A stretch of 64,000 nucleotides of DNA from Hyaloraphidium curvatum SAG 235-1 (Eukaryota > Fungi > Monoblepharomycota), in contig JAIVFI010000024.1 in assembly GCA_025558095.1 (NCBI GenBank), positions 1 through 64,000 of the forward strand. The letters run 5' to 3'. The translations under genes and the position numbers were made by a program. Within the stretch, counting starts at the first letter, position 1. Every line of letters starts with the position of its first letter. Shown here piece by piece: positions 1-12,304 of the stretch. The notes beneath the pieces are model-generated. The model was not told the origin of the DNA. It saw only the letters and a program-made list of their open reading frames with translations, and ran no database searches.

Positions 1-1081
1 TCCAGACACCGCCGAGGGCTACGCCGCGGGCCAGTCTGAGATCGAGATGGGCAACGCGATCAAGCAGCTCGGGTGGAAGCGCGAGGACGTCGTGGTGTCG
101 ACCAAGATCTTCTTCGGCACGCGGCGCGGGCCCAACGCGACCGGGCTGAGCAGGAAGCACCTCGTCGAGGGGACCAAGGCCAGCCTGGAGAGGATGGGGC
201 TTGACTACGTCGACATGGGTGCGTTCCTGGGCGGGCGGTGAGCGTGTTTGCCGGCGCTGACGGCCTTCCCCGCCTCGCCGCCGATTCGCCCTCCCCGCGG
301 AACAGTCTTTGCGCACCGCCCCGACGACATGGTCCCCATGGAAGAGACCGTCCGCGCCTTTAACCACATCCTCGACCGCGGCTGGGCCTTCTACTGGGGC
401 TGCAGCGAGTGGTCCGCCGCGCAGATCGTCGAGGCGCACAAGGTCGCCAAGGAGCTGGGGATGGTCGGGCCGGCGATGGAGCAGCCGCAGTACAACATGT
501 TCGTGCGGGAGCGGTTCGAGGTGGAGTACAAGCCGCTGTACGAGAACTACGGGCTGGGTGAGTTGAACGCCGGCGGGGGACGGTGGAGTCGGCTCACCGC
601 GCGCACGTCGGACAGGTACGACGATCTGGTCGCCGCTCGCGAGCGGCATCCTTTCGGGCAAGTACCGCCTCGACTCCCCGCCGCCCGAGGGCTCGCGGCT
701 GGCCATGAACGACATGCAGATGCAGGGCATCGCGAAGTGCGTGCTCGATCTGGGGCGGGCCGGCTCGTTTACTGATCATCGTGTGTTCCTCCGCGTAGAC
801 GAACGTTCGAGACGGACGAGGGCCGCTCCCGCCTCGCCAAGGTCGACCTCCTCCGCCCCGTCGCCTCCGCGCTGGGCTGCTCCATGTCCCAGCTCGCGCT
901 GGCGTGGTGCGCCAAGAACCCGCGCGTGAGCACGGTCATCACGGGCGCCAGCCGGCGCGAGCAGGTGGTGGAGAACTTCGAGGCCATGCAGGTGCTGCCC
1001 AAGCTGACGGACAGGGTGATGGAGGAGATCGAGGGTATCCTGGGGAACAAGCCGGCGGGGCCCATGCGCCTCCGACTTTGA
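1..1081 (+). CDS. Aldo/keto reductase, Kv-beta (KCNAB)-like; 5' end lies outside the window, multi-exon
   Basis: Motifs [56 protein letters not shown] and [12 protein letters not shown], joined across short GT-AG introns; TGA at 1079-1081. Confidence 0.9.
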
Positions 1082-1221
1082 GTGGCGACGAGAGCTCTAG
1101 AGCACCTAGAAGAGGGAGAGAGGAGCGATATCTCGGTAGATTGGATTCGCTCCAGATCGCGTAGCGGAACGGAGAATCCGGCCCTGCAATCCCTTGGGCC
1201 CCTCTCCACACCCATTGCCGG

Positions 1222-2380
1222 GATGCAGCCGGCCTCCCGGGCCTCCACGCGCGCCTCTGCGCGGCTGACTGCGGCGGCTGCGCCGATGACGTCGCCCGCT
1301 GCCCGCCCTGCGCGCGCCGGGGCCAAGCGGGGCGCGCCCAGGGCCGCCGAAGCGGAGAGCGAGGTCGCGGGCGATGCCGCCGCGGAACCGAGCTCGCTGC
1401 CATCGCCGCCCATCACGCCGCGGCCGAAAAGGGCGAAGAAGGCCGTCTCAGCAGGGAGCGGGGCGGGAGGGGAGCTCAACGCGGCTGCAGCGGCCCCGGC
1501 CTCGCCGGTGTCCCCCACGCCGGCCGCCCCTCTTGCTGCCTCCTCCCTGCCCGCCGACCACCCGCACGCCTCGCACCCCGCCATCGCCCATTTGTGCCGC
1601 GCCGACCCCAAGCTGGGAAACTTCATCTCCACCGTGCGGGACCGCTGCTCGCTGCTGGACGGGCCCGGGCACGAGGACACCTTCCGCGCGCTGGCCACCT
1701 CGATCATATACCAGCAGCTGGCGGGGGCCGCCGCGTTGGCCATCCTCAGGAGGTACGTCGACTGCTGGACCGCCGTTGATAGTCACTCACCCCCCCCCCC
1801 ATCTAGATTCGTCTCGGTGTTCTACCCCGACCTCGCCGACCCCTCTCATCCCTGGTCGCGCTCCGACACCCCCTTCCCCACCCCCGCGCAGGTGCTCCAG
1901 CAGACCCCCGAGACGCTGCGCGCCCGCGCGGGGCTGTCGCAGTCCAAGGCCAACTTCATCCACGGGCTCGCGGGGGTGTACGACAGGGGCGAGCTGAGCG
2001 ACGCGATGCTGCGGGCGATGAAGACGGAGGAGGAGGTCAAAGGGGCGCTGCTGCCGATCAAGGGCATCGGGCCGTGGACCGTTCACATGTGGGTTCGCGT
2101 GGGCGGGGGGCCGTCGTGCGCGCGCGATCTGACCTCCCTCCCCCACCGCGCGGACAGGTTCGCCATGTTCCACCTCCAGCTCCCCGACATCCTCCCCGTC
2201 GGCGACCTCGCCATCCGCAAGGCCTTCGCGTCGCACTTTGGCCTCCCCAAGAAATCGGGCAAGAAGGACCCGCTCCCCGCCGCGGAGGAGATGCTCGCCC
2301 TCGCGAAAGCGTGGGAGCCGTACAGGAGCGTGGCGAGCTGGTACATGTGGAGGATGACGGACACGGCGCTGATGAGTTGA
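1222..2380 (+). CDS. DNA-3-methyladenine glycosylase (HhH-GPD, Mag1/AlkA-like) with low-complexity N-terminus
   Basis: FRALATSIIYQQLAG, GLSQSKA, HhH motif LLPIKGIGPWT, DILPVGDLAIR, WEPYRSVASWYMW; two in-frame introns at ~1753-1806 and ~2090-2158. Confidence 0.88.
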
Positions 2381-2987
2381 GGGGGCTCGGACGTGGCGCT
2401 GATGGGCCGATGGAATTGGGCGGCGGACGGGGGCAGATGGGTCGGGATCCTGCCGATACCCTGCGCACTGGTGGGCGAGCGTTGTTGGGCGGAGCAGCGA
2501 GCAAGACAATTTTTTTGATCTTCCTGCGGCTCCACGGCGCGGCGCCGATCGCGACGTCCGGTCCCGAGGAGGTCACATCTACGGGCTAAGGGGTTCGACG
2601 CTCGTCAACAACGCGCCCGGCTCGCGTTGAGCTCAGCACGGTACCTCGGCGCGCTCTTACCGTGCCGGACTGCCTCATTGAGTCTTCGGCTGGCCATCGT
2701 GCCCGAGGACGGAGGAGATGAGGACGGCGGTGCTGCATTCGGCGGGGACGGACACGAGGTCGCGCCACGCCGGGAAGCGGCGCGATCCGTAAGTTGCCCA
2801 AAAGGGAAAATCTCGCTCTATTCCCGACACGGACCGGGCCCGGGCAGGGTGACGCCTCCGCCGTGCGTTCGCGGAGATTCTCGCCGTCGAAACCTCGTCC
2901 TCGGGCAATCCGCGCCTTCCCCCGCGAATCCGCTCCTCGGGTCATTTGGACGCGTTTTCTACGCGACGCGGACGCGCCTCCACCGCG

Positions 2988-3803
2988 ATGGGCGCCGCGG
3001 AATCGTACATCTCGGCCGCGATGTTCCCCCGCCCTCCTCCCTCCTATTCCACGCGCAGTGCCCCGTCGTGGCTCCGCACGGCGCGTACGCCTTCGGGGCG
3101 CGCCGTCGCCGTCGCCGTGTTCCGCCCCCGCCGGCCCCGGCATCCCGCGGCCGCGGTGCTCTACTCGCACGGCAACGGCGAGGACCTCGGGCTGTGCGCG
3201 CCGGTGCTGGCGTCGCTGGCCGACGCCTCGGGCTGCATCGTCGTGGGCTACGACTACGCCGGCTACGGCACTTCGGAGGGGACGCCGTCCGAGGCCGCGG
3301 TCAAGGAGGACGTGGTGGCGGCGGTCGGCTACCTCTCGGACGAGCTCGGCGTCCCCCGATCCCGGACAGTGCTGCACGGCCGCTCACTGGGCTCCGGCCC
3401 GACCTGCTTCCTCGCCGCCCTGGCCGCCAAGGACGGCCGCCCGTTCGCCGGTGTGGTCCTCGAGAGTCCCTTCTGCTCGGCGTTCAGGGTGGTGCTCCCG
3501 GACTCCCTCATCGGGTGGCCGGTGCCGGGCGACAGGTTCGCCAACCTGGAGCTGCTGAAAAGGAAGGGCGGGTTCGGGTGCCCCGTGTGGGTGGTGCACG
3601 GCGAGGCGGACGGGGTGATCTCGGCCGCGCACGGGCGAACGCTGGCGGCGGCGATCCCGCCGGGACAGGCACCGGTGCCGCACCTTTTCGTGCCGGGGGC
3701 GGGGCACAACGACGTGGATCTGCTGCTGGCGCGGACGGGGCGGACGCTGGAGGCGCACGAGGCGGGGTTCCTCGACGCGTGCCTCGACGCGGCCACGAGG
3801 TAG
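2988..3803 (+). CDS. ABHD17-like alpha/beta hydrolase
   Basis: LYSHGNGEDLG, GYDYAGYG.SEG.PSE, nucleophile elbow GRSLG, VHGEADGVI, GAGHND; single exon; MG start. Confidence 0.88.
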   Translation: MGAAESYISAAMFPRPPPSYSTRSAPSWLRTARTPSGRAVAVAVFRPRRPRHPAAAVLYSHGNGEDLGLCAPVLASLADASGCIVVGYDYAGYGTSEGTPSEAAVKEDVVAAVGYLSDELGVPRSRTVLHGRSLGSGPTCFLAALAAKDGRPFAGVVLESPFCSAFRVVLPDSLIGWPVPGDRFANLELLKRKGGFGCPVWVVHGEADGVISAAHGRTLAAAIPPGQAPVPHLFVPGAGHNDVDLLLARTGRTLEAHEAGFLDACLDAATR

Positions 3804-3854
3804 CCAACACGTCAATGAGACTGCCCTCCATTTCCGTCTCGCCACGGCTTCCCG

Positions 3855-5368
3855 TCACACGGTCGCGATCCCCTGAGCCGGCGACCCGACCGCCCCCGGC
3901 AGCCGTAGCGGCGGCGCCGTGAGCAGGAACGCCGTCCGCCCGACCTTGGCGAGGTAATCTGCCAGTTCCGAGAGGTACCACAGCTCGCCTGTCCGCGGCG
4001 AAGGGGTGAGCGGGATCAACAGCCGGGTCCCGCGCCGGATGCCCACCGAGGTAGACGCCCAGCTTGAACAGGCAGTGCTCGTGGATCCCCAGCGCGGCGC
4101 ACGGGATTGAGCGGTCCTTGGGCGGGTTGCTCATCGACTCGACCGCGACCTGTCCCTGTGTCAGCGGCACGTCTCCACCCCACCGCCGCCGGACGACCCA
4201 CGTTGTCGGCGATCAGCGCCACCGCGCCGCTCTCGGTGATCCAGTCGAGCAGGTGCTGGTCGCGCCCGTCCAGCGCGCAGCCGGTGCCGTTCCACATCTC
4301 CTTGGTGACCTTGCCGTTGGCCTCCATGAGCATGCGGCCGAAGCCCGTGTGGAACAGCACTGTGGGTGCATGCACATCCCCAGATTGGTAAGTCGGAAAC
4401 CGACCACCACGCCCGGACAGCGCCCACCGAAGTCGCCCTTCTTCACGACCACCCCGTCCTTGTCCATCACCGCCTTGACCTCCTTCCACCCCACCGTCCT
4501 TTTCCCCCGCCCATAGTGCCGCTCCAGGTCGATCATCACCGCGCGGCCCTGCACCGGGTGCTCCGCCAGGTTCTGCACGCCAAGCGCCCTGGCCCCGACG
4601 TGCGCGCCGTCGTGCGAGAGCACGGTGCCTGAAAAGTCGGGCGCGTAGGTGGCGGGGCCGACGATGTGCTCCCCGGCCTTGTACCCGTTGTCTGTTCCCC
4701 CGGGACCGGCCCATCAGCATCATGCTCGGTCTGCCGCCGGCGAGCGACCCACAGTAGCACACCACCGGCTTCCCCTCCCCGTCGAGGTCAAACAGCCCCC
4801 CGACGTGCGCAAGCGAGTCCCACTGGCTCGAGTACTGCAGCGTCAGGTCCACCCTGTCGTCGCACACGAAATCCGTGTACTTGGCCGACATGGGCTGGTT
4901 GAAGGTCGGCTTGGCGGGGTCGCCGGTGGGGGCCAGCACCGGCGGCCCGCGGCCCATGACGAACATCGGGCCCGGGAGGTTGAGGGGAAGGGAGAGGCAG
5001 AAGGTGCGGTAGTCCTTGACCTCGTCGATGCCCTGCTTGACCTTTTCGGGTGTCACGAGGTTGAGCCGGCCGCGCTGGTCTGGACGCCGGGGGTAAGCGA
5101 GTGCCTCCCACGCGTCCGCCGCGCCGGCAGCCCACCGTCGGGCCCGAAATCGCCCCACGTCGATCCCTTGGGCCGAAACTTGTACCGCGACGTGCGGGTG
5201 GGCGCCTCCTCGGGCGCCAGGTTGGCGGAGAGCCGCACGTGCTGGCCGTGGACGTGGGCCGACTGCCGGGGCCGGGGCGCTGATGAGTAAGATGTGTGCG
5301 CCCGGCGGCGGTAAGCAGACACGTACGATGGCCGAGGCGCGCTCGTCGGCCTTCTTTGCCGCCGACAT
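3855..5368 (-). CDS. Cyclase family (kynurenine formamidase-like) metal-dependent hydrolase, multi-exon
   Basis: STWGDFGPD/DQRGRLNL, LTLQYSSQWDSLAH, QGRAVMIDL, LFHTGF, LIADN, HEHCLFKLG, LWYLSELA, FLLTAPPLRLPGAVGSP. Confidence 0.85.
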
Positions 5369-6530
5369 CGCGGGGGAGGCGCGTGGCAAGTTGTGTTTGG
5401 GAGACGCTCCGGGTGCCGTAGCCCGATTCGTGCCTACACAGGAGCAGTACCGCTTGGATCCGGTGCGCGGACCTGAAGCGACGAAAGTGTATCTGTATCG
5501 TGAGATACTCCGATGTTCGGCCCCGTGAGCCATGTCCTTGAGCGGGTGACGCCCTCGAGGTCACCAGCAGGCTCGCTGGGCCACGAAGACAGGAAGCCAC
5601 GCTTCAGCGGCCGAGCGATCTTGTTCCAGAAATACGCACATCGGAAACCCGTTAAATTGGATGCCGGCCGGCGCCGCACTTCCGCCTTCGGAGGGCGGGA
5701 CAACTCAAAGATCCGCAAGGGTCCGTCAACCTCGCTAGTAGATGGGCGAGAGAGAACGAGATCCGCGAACACCGGCGGCGGCCGGGCTACGAGCAGACCG
5801 TGAAGAGGAACGCACCTGGGGGTTCACGGCGTCGGGCCAGCCGTTGAAGTTGCCGGGAGCCGCCATGGTCGCAGGTCGTGCGTGCCGGTCGGAATCGGTG
5901 CAGGAGAGGCCGAGGACGTCAGCAAAGTTCGGAGAAGGGCCAGATCTGCCCGGCCGCCGCCAGGGATCGTGCTCTGTTCGTTGAAACCCTCATCGATCTG
6001 GTGCACGGACATTGGGGGGCAAATCGGAATCGGAACGCTGACGTCACCCATCTTTCAAACCGTCTCCCCGACTCCCCACGCCGCACGCCCCAAAGCGCTC
6101 GGCAATGATGGCACTCTCCGCAGCCGATTTTGTCCGCGGCATCAGATGGCGTGCATCCTAGAGGTCGGGCCGGGCCGGTGCGGAGCGGTGATCTCGTCCA
6201 GGCCGGTGGCGTTCCTCCGCGGCCACGAACGCCGCCTCGTCCAACGGCCCCCACGGCATGATCTATTCAGGCCATGTGGAGGAGTGTCTAAATGTTCCGG
6301 AGCTCCTCTGGCGACCTGGACGCGGGAGGTCACGTTATTGGTGCCACCAACTTGTTTTGGGAAGCCTCTCGCTGATTCCTGCCAGCCCTTCTACCCATCA
6401 AGGTGTGCCCATTTCCTGCGGGTTCTATCTCTCTTCTACGTCTCGTCTAGGTCTAAGCTAAATGCATCAGCACCGCATCTTTGCGGCGGAAATAGGTAGT
6501 AACAAAGTCCGTAAGCCCGCCGACCCCAGC

Positions 6531-7532
6531 TCAGTCTGACGCCGCGGGCCTCTCGTACCTGTAGCGCCTGTACCTCACGCCCCCCGGCGCCGTTCCCATC
6601 CCCACGTCCTCCATCCCCGCCAGCACCATCCTCCCCTTGGCAACCAGGCCCGCCATGTTCTTCTCGAACGCCGCCACGTGCGCGGAAAACTGCGGGCGCA
6701 GCGGGACGACTGCGTGGAACGCCGGCGCCGGCCCCGCGGGCGGGTGGTGCGCGAGGAACAGATCCGCGGCGCGGGGAACCAGCGCGGCGTGCGGGGCGGC
6801 AAAGACGCAGTCGGCCGCGAGCACGGCGGTGAAGGAGCGCGGGGGGGCGGGGGAGGCGAGCGGGTCGCGCCAGTCCAGCTTGTCCACCGCGATGCGACCC
6901 CGTACTTCCAGGGGAACGTTCGCATCCGCCGCCCGATGCAGGTTGGCAAGCACGGCGGGGTGGTGATCCGTCAGCAGCACCGACGCCGCGTTCCCGGCGA
7001 GCAGCGCGGCAAGCCCGGCCAGCCCCGTACCCGAGCCTAGCTCCAGCACCACCCGCCCCGAAACGTCGATGACGGCCCGCTCGATCAGGCGCGCCATGAG
7101 CACGGCGGACTCCCAGGTCGCCCCGCCCGTGTCCGTGTCCGCGAAGGCGTCGCCGGACGGGTGCTCGGCGAGTGCCACGTCCACCCCGCCGCCGAGTTGG
7201 AAGTGCCGTTCGGCGGGCGTGCATGTTGTGGGCTGGGAAAGCCGGGCGAGCAGCGCCGCGGCCCTGTCCGCCAGGCCGTCCCCGACGCCCGCCCCGGGCC
7301 CGCCGTCCCCGAACCCCTCCCAGCCCTCCGCGAGGGCATCAAGCATCCGCACCAGCCACCCCGCCGCCTTGCCTTCCCATCCGCGGTGCCCCGCGACCCC
7401 CAGTCCGGGTTCCTGCAGCCCGCCGACCGCCCGCTCCAGCGCGCCGAGCACCCTCCCCGCCTGCGGGCCCGGGGCGGGGCGGGTGCGCAGCAGGACCCCC
7501 GCAATATCTTCTTCGTCGTCAGGAGCGTCCAT
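6531..7532 (-). CDS. Family-16 SAM-dependent (protein-lysine) methyltransferase, Efm2/METTL21-like
   Basis: TGGATWESA, VLELGSGTGLAG, LTDHHP, KLDW, LAADCVF. Confidence 0.85.
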   Translation of the reverse strand: MDAPDDEEDIAGVLLRTRPAPGPQAGRVLGALERAVGGLQEPGLGVAGHRGWEGKAAGWLVRMLDALAEGWEGFGDGGPGAGVGDGLADRAAALLARLSQPTTCTPAERHFQLGGGVDVALAEHPSGDAFADTDTGGATWESAVLMARLIERAVIDVSGRVVLELGSGTGLAGLAALLAGNAASVLLTDHHPAVLANLHRAADANVPLEVRGRIAVDKLDWRDPLASPAPPRSFTAVLAADCVFAAPHAALVPRAADLFLAHHPPAGPAPAFHAVVPLRPQFSAHVAAFEKNMAGLVAKGRMVLAGMEDVGMGTAPGGVRYRRYRYERPAASD

Positions 7533-7823
7533 GGCATGCAGGGGGTTGCGGCAGGGTGTCCGGTGAAAGAGGGAGGGGGCGAAGAACCGGGGGACCGGGA
7601 CGCTTGTTGTTTTGTTGCACCGGCCGGTCGGCACGTGCCAATCCGGCGGACCGGCCGGCGGCGCAGTCGCCCGGAATGTGGATGGTGACTGGCATTCGCA
7701 ATGGCAAGGAGATGGAGTGTCCTCGGATGACCTAAATCCGCACAATCCCGTGAAAGCCGTCTTGCAATTGAGTGGTCTACATGGCAGGCGAGCGTCTGCT
7801 TCAACCGACCCCGTGTTGGAGGA

Positions 7824-8819
7824 TCACGACTTTCCGGCGCCGGCCGCCCCGCCCGCCAGCGCCTCGTCGCACACGACGACCAGCTTCCCCTTGGTCCTCC
7901 TGCTCTTCAACCTGGCGAACGCCTCGGCCACCTCGCCCTCGGCCGCCAGCCGGTACGTGCCCTCCACCGCCGCCTTGAGCCTCCCCTCGGCCGCGTACTT
8001 CCCCACCTCCTCCACGTCCTTGCCCACGTGCTGCGTCAGGATCAGGCTGTACCCCGCGCGCTCGCCGACAAAGGGCAGGAACCGCCGCGCCCAGTCTCTG
8101 GCGAAGCCGTTGATGGCCACCCAGCGGCCGCCCTTCTTCAGGGCGGGCGACAGGAACGAGTAGTCCGCGTCCTCGGGGGAGGTGACGGTGTCATAGACGG
8201 CGTCGAACTTGGGGGCGGCGGCGAGGGCGTCGAGCGCGGCCTTGTCGGCGTAGTCCACCACCGTGTCGGCCCCGAGCGACCCGACGAACGCCGCGGAAGC
8301 CGCCGAGCAGATGCCCGTCACGGTGGCGCCCATGACCTTTGCCAGCTGCACGCCGGTCGAGCCGCACCCGCCCGAGGCGCCGATGACGAGCACCTGCGAG
8401 CCCTCCTTGACGCCGGCGGTCCGCAGCGCCTGCAGCGACGTCACGGCGGCCGTCGGCAGCGCGGCCGCCTCGACGTGGCCCAGTTTCTCGGGCTTCCTGG
8501 CCACCTCGGTCTCGTTCGCCACCAGGTACTCTGCCAGCGTCCCCGACGCGAACCCGAACACCGCGTCGCCGACCTTCCACTCCCCCGCGTACCCCTCAGG
8601 CACCCTCTCCACGACGCCCGAGAAATCCAGCCCCGCGATGCTGCCCTTGCGGAACCACCCGACCAGCGGCATCGACGCCAGCTTGTAGTCGACCGGGTTG
8701 ATGCCCGCCGCCGCAACGCGCACCAGCAGACGGCCCGCCGGCGGGGGCGACGGCGGGTCGGGCGCCGAGGACACGGAGATGCCGGAGGGCGGGGCGCCGG
8801 TGACAACCGCGGCGCGCAT
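7824..8819 (-). CDS. MDR-family NADPH:quinone oxidoreductase-like protein (RTN4IP1/Zeta-crystallin group)
   Basis: AAGINPVDYK, GLDFSGVV, GTLAEY, AAALPTAAVT, VIGASGGCG, RRTKGKLVV; single exon. Confidence 0.9.
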   Translation of the reverse strand: MRAAVVTGAPPSGISVSSAPDPPSPPPAGRLLVRVAAAGINPVDYKLASMPLVGWFRKGSIAGLDFSGVVERVPEGYAGEWKVGDAVFGFASGTLAEYLVANETEVARKPEKLGHVEAAALPTAAVTSLQALRTAGVKEGSQVLVIGASGGCGSTGVQLAKVMGATVTGICSAASAAFVGSLGADTVVDYADKAALDALAAAPKFDAVYDTVTSPEDADYSFLSPALKKGGRWVAINGFARDWARRFLPFVGERAGYSLILTQHVGKDVEEVGKYAAEGRLKAAVEGTYRLAAEGEVAEAFARLKSRRTKGKLVVVCDEALAGGAAGAGKS

Positions 8820-9186
8820 CGTTGTTTTTCGCGGGGGTAGGTGGACGTTGTTTCGGAGCGGGTTTGCGGGTTTTCGCGGGGGGCGGTGCAGATCGATCGG
8901 CGGCCGCGCTGCCCTCGGCGCATGTGAAGACGCGCGTGGCAGTCGGCAACCTGCTTCGAAGACATATTCGAAAGCAGCCCGGCCTCTTTATTCACTTATC
9001 GCGCTGCCATTGGAAGGGAGCAGGGAGAAGCTCCACAGAACCAAAAGAATCTCTTTTCCGTGTTCTGTCCCTACTCATCCGCAATCCTACCCATCTAGAT
9101 GATTCCCCTATCGATGCATCAGCGAAAGACCTTCGGGCTCCGCATCCTGGCGTCTCCCGATCCCGCTTTCCCTCCACCTCGCGCGC

Positions 9187-11156
9187 TCAGATGAGCCGCC
9201 TGGCTCCCGAGCACCTGCGCGCATCCGATCAGCGATCGCCTTCCACGGAGCCCGACGGCAACCCACCCTCCCACGGTGCAATCTCCCGTGGCGTAGGCAA
9301 CCGACATGTGCACGGCGATGTAGTACGTCCCCGAAGCGCACGTCGGCAGCGCCACGGGGCCGACGATGCCCGTCGAGGCGCCCGAAGGGCAGTACGAGGC
9401 GCTGCCGGGCCACTGACCGAACGCGTAGACGGACTGGGTGCGGGCATCGGGCTGTCGCGGGGGGCACGAGCAGCTGGGGCGGTGCGAGTATGCTGACCAG
9501 CGGATCGACGCACCAGCGAGCTTCCGCACCACACGTTCAGGTGCGCGTCCTTGACCACCACCCCGCCGGCCGTCGAAAAGCTGAACGACACACCCGATCC
9601 GGACCACTGCACGGAGAACGAGCCGACATTGGTTCCGCAGCTCCCGCGGCGGGCGATCGAGGTCCCCGAGCCGGGGGTGCACGCCGGGTTCGAGGGGCCG
9701 TTGGAGAAGGCGGACCCGCCGGCGACTAGGATGCCGATGCCGAGGTCGGTGCCCGGTGCGACGGGTCTGCGGGCGATCGGATCGCGGGTGAGCGAGGCGG
9801 ACGGCGGCAGCGTGGGGCGGAACGTTACCCGAGGAAGAGGCCCCAGCGGGTGCCCTGCCAGCTCGTGAACGCGGTGCTGGGGAGGTACCCGAACGCGGTG
9901 TCGGAACCGCAAGTCGGTGAAGGGGTGGGCGTCGTGGACGTGCTGGGTGTGCTGCACGACGGCTCGACTGGCGCGCGGGTCAGCGAAGCAGGGCCAGGGG
10001 ATGCGCGGTAAGAAGACCCACTGGTGGTCGTCGAGTAGCTGATGGAGCGGATGGTCTCCTGGCAACCGATGCTGGTGGTCTTGGTGGCGATGCAGGACTG
10101 CGTGACGAGGAAGCCGAGGTACTGCGGAGGGGGAGGCGTCGATCAGTCCCAGCCGATGCGGGAGGAGAAGCCCCCGATGCAGACCGTGGGGAACTCGTAA
10201 GGCAGGCCGTCAAGGTGTCCCGTCGAGTCGCTAATGCCGTCGCTGCGGCGAAGAAAGGGGAGATCAGCCCTGCATGCATCGCGGGCGTGCCGCCGCCAAC
10301 CCACAATCCGAAGTGCTCGCCCACGCCGAACACGCAGGCGGCCCCGCCGACCGGGCTCCCAGTCTCGGCCGGAGCGCTGGTTGTGCCGGCCGTGGCCGAC
10401 GCGAACGAGCTGTCGGTCCCCGTTGTCGGATCGGCGACCTGCGACGAGACGGTGATCAGCTTTGGCTTTGCACTCTGTTCCAGGGAGGCGCACGCACCGG
10501 GGTTCCGGAGCAAGGGGTCGGCGTGGTGGTCACCGTAACGACATAGACGCTCGTGGTAACCGTGGTCGTCGCGACGGTGATCCCCTGCGTCGCGCACGAA
10601 GGGGGCGCAACGCTTCCCCAGGAAGCCTGCCCGCGATCGATCGTCAGCCGCAGCCCGGACCCAGGACAAGCATGCCGACCGCACCGTGCACGAGTACTGC
10701 CCGGGGGGCACGAAGCCGGGCAGCGTGGTGGCGCCGCAGTAGATGTGCGACGTGGTGATGGTGGCCGAGGGGTTGGAGAGCGAGGTGCTGACGATGGCGA
10801 TGGAGCCCTGCAGGTCAGCGAAGAGGTGAGCGGCTGTTCCTCGGCGCCGAGAAGGAAGCGCCCACAGTGGAGTCGACGGTGACGCAGGCGGTTCCGACGG
10901 GGGTGTGGTTCTCTCCGCTGGTGCGACGGAGGCGGTCAGCCGCGGGCGGCGGTGGGGCCGCGGGGGAACGCACACATAGATGGTCTCGCACGAGGGCGAG
11001 TTGCCTGCAGGGGCGGTGAGCTTCCGCGGAGGGGAGTCGGCGGAGGAGCGGCGCACCGTAGCTCGTCGTGCCGTCGGCGACGGTGCTGTCGCAGGCGGGC
11101 AGTGCAAGCGCGGAGCCGGCGAGGGCGAGGAGCGCGAGGGCGGCAAAGAGCTTCAT
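9187..11156 (-). CDS. Secreted Cys/Thr-rich protein with two related uncharacterised domains, multi-exon
   Basis: Signal peptide MKLFAALALLALAGSALA; domain 1 ..SHIYCG..PPGQY; Thr/Pro linker; domain 2 CGSDTAFGY..KDAHLNVWCG..GQWP..YYIAVH; last exon ..GCSGARRLI*. Confidence 0.65.
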
Positions 11157-11869
11157 GGCGAAGTGTCGAGGCCTGTGAGTCGTGCGCAGTAATTGGATCG
11201 TGTGTTCCTTTATCGCCTTTCGGGTCGGGGCTGGGGAGCGACAATGAATCTTCGGTGACTGCATCGGTCGTTCGTGCGACGGGTCGGGTCCCACGACCAC
11301 CGGCCGGCAGACCTCGCCGGCACCGCATCCCGGCACGGTGGGCGCGCCCGACTCTGAAGTGGGCCGCGGGAGGTGATGCCTGCATCTCTGCCCCTCGCGA
11401 TGCGCCCGCTTTGCGGGAAGCCCCGCCGGCCGGGAAAACGGAACCCCCATGCCCCGACCGCCGTCCGACCGATGAATCAACGAACCCCGCCCACACAGAT
11501 CGCCGGCCTTCCGACGCATGTGAGAAGCGACAGAGAGGCAACTCGTTGTTCCCGGGCACACGTCAACGGCCAGGCGCACGGCCGAGCGAAAGTGCCGTTG
11601 TCGCTCCTCCCGAAACCGGAAAGCCCGTCCGGCCAAGCACGTGAATTGAAAGCAAAGCCCACCTCACGACTCCACGCGCACGATCTCGACGGAGCGGAAG
11701 GGAGCGGCCGCCTTTTCGGAGGTCCGCGGGTCCCTAAACGAGCCTTGCGCGCAGGCACTTCACGGGGCCAGGAGGCCTTGCGCGCAGGGTGTCGCGTAGG
11801 AGTTGCGCCAACTCCCGAATGCGAGGCACGGCGTCGCGCCCGGTAATGCCGTTCGTCTCTCGGTGATTT

Positions 11870-12009
11870 CCAGGGCGCGCGAGCTCCCAGGCTTGCCGGC
11901 AGGCGAGGCCGAGGGCGAGCAGCGTCCGGCGGCGGCCGCAGACCGCGAGCACGTCCATGAGAAGGAGGACAAGCTCGTTGGGGAATTGTTTGTTCTGCTT
12001 CGCGTCCAT
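11870..12009 (-). pseudogene. N-terminal fragment of an F-box-like gene
   Basis: MDAKQNKQFPNELVLLLMDVLAVCGRRRTLLALGLACRQAWEL resembles LPPELLAAVAWRLAARGWRRTLLDLCCCSR at 56.6 kb; no credible body follows. Confidence 0.5.
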
Positions 12010-12082
12010 GTCAACTGAGGGCGTCCGACTCGTTGGTTGATTGATGACGTGTGCGCTCCGATACTGACAACGAACGTACAGG

Positions 12083-12262
12083 GCCTCACTGCAGGCCTTC
12101 CTCCGCGACCGCACTGCGGCGTTCAAGGTGCCCGCATACATCCGAATGCAGCTGGAGCTGATGTTCGCGACGGCGAGCGGGAAGCAGCTCAAGCGCCAGC
12201 TGCGGGAGGAGGTGGCGCGGAACGGGGATCGGAAGGCAAAGGCGAAGCTATCGGAAGATCAA
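12083..12262 (+). repeat. Duplicated 3' tail of the acyl-CoA ligase gene at 21479 (copy A)
   Basis: Encodes ASLQAFLRDRTAAFKVPAYIRMQLELMFATASGKQLKRQLREEVAR..RKAKAKL, a near-identical inverted copy of 21479-21660. Confidence 0.9.
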
Positions 12263-12304
12263 ATTGATGCATCAGATTTCAAGAAGGTACAAGCGATGGA
12301 TACG

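Noticed and set aside
5400-6500. Short ORFs in intergenic regions (also 33900-34650 and 39000-39850)
   Set aside because: No coding bias or motifs; likely promoter or intergenic DNA
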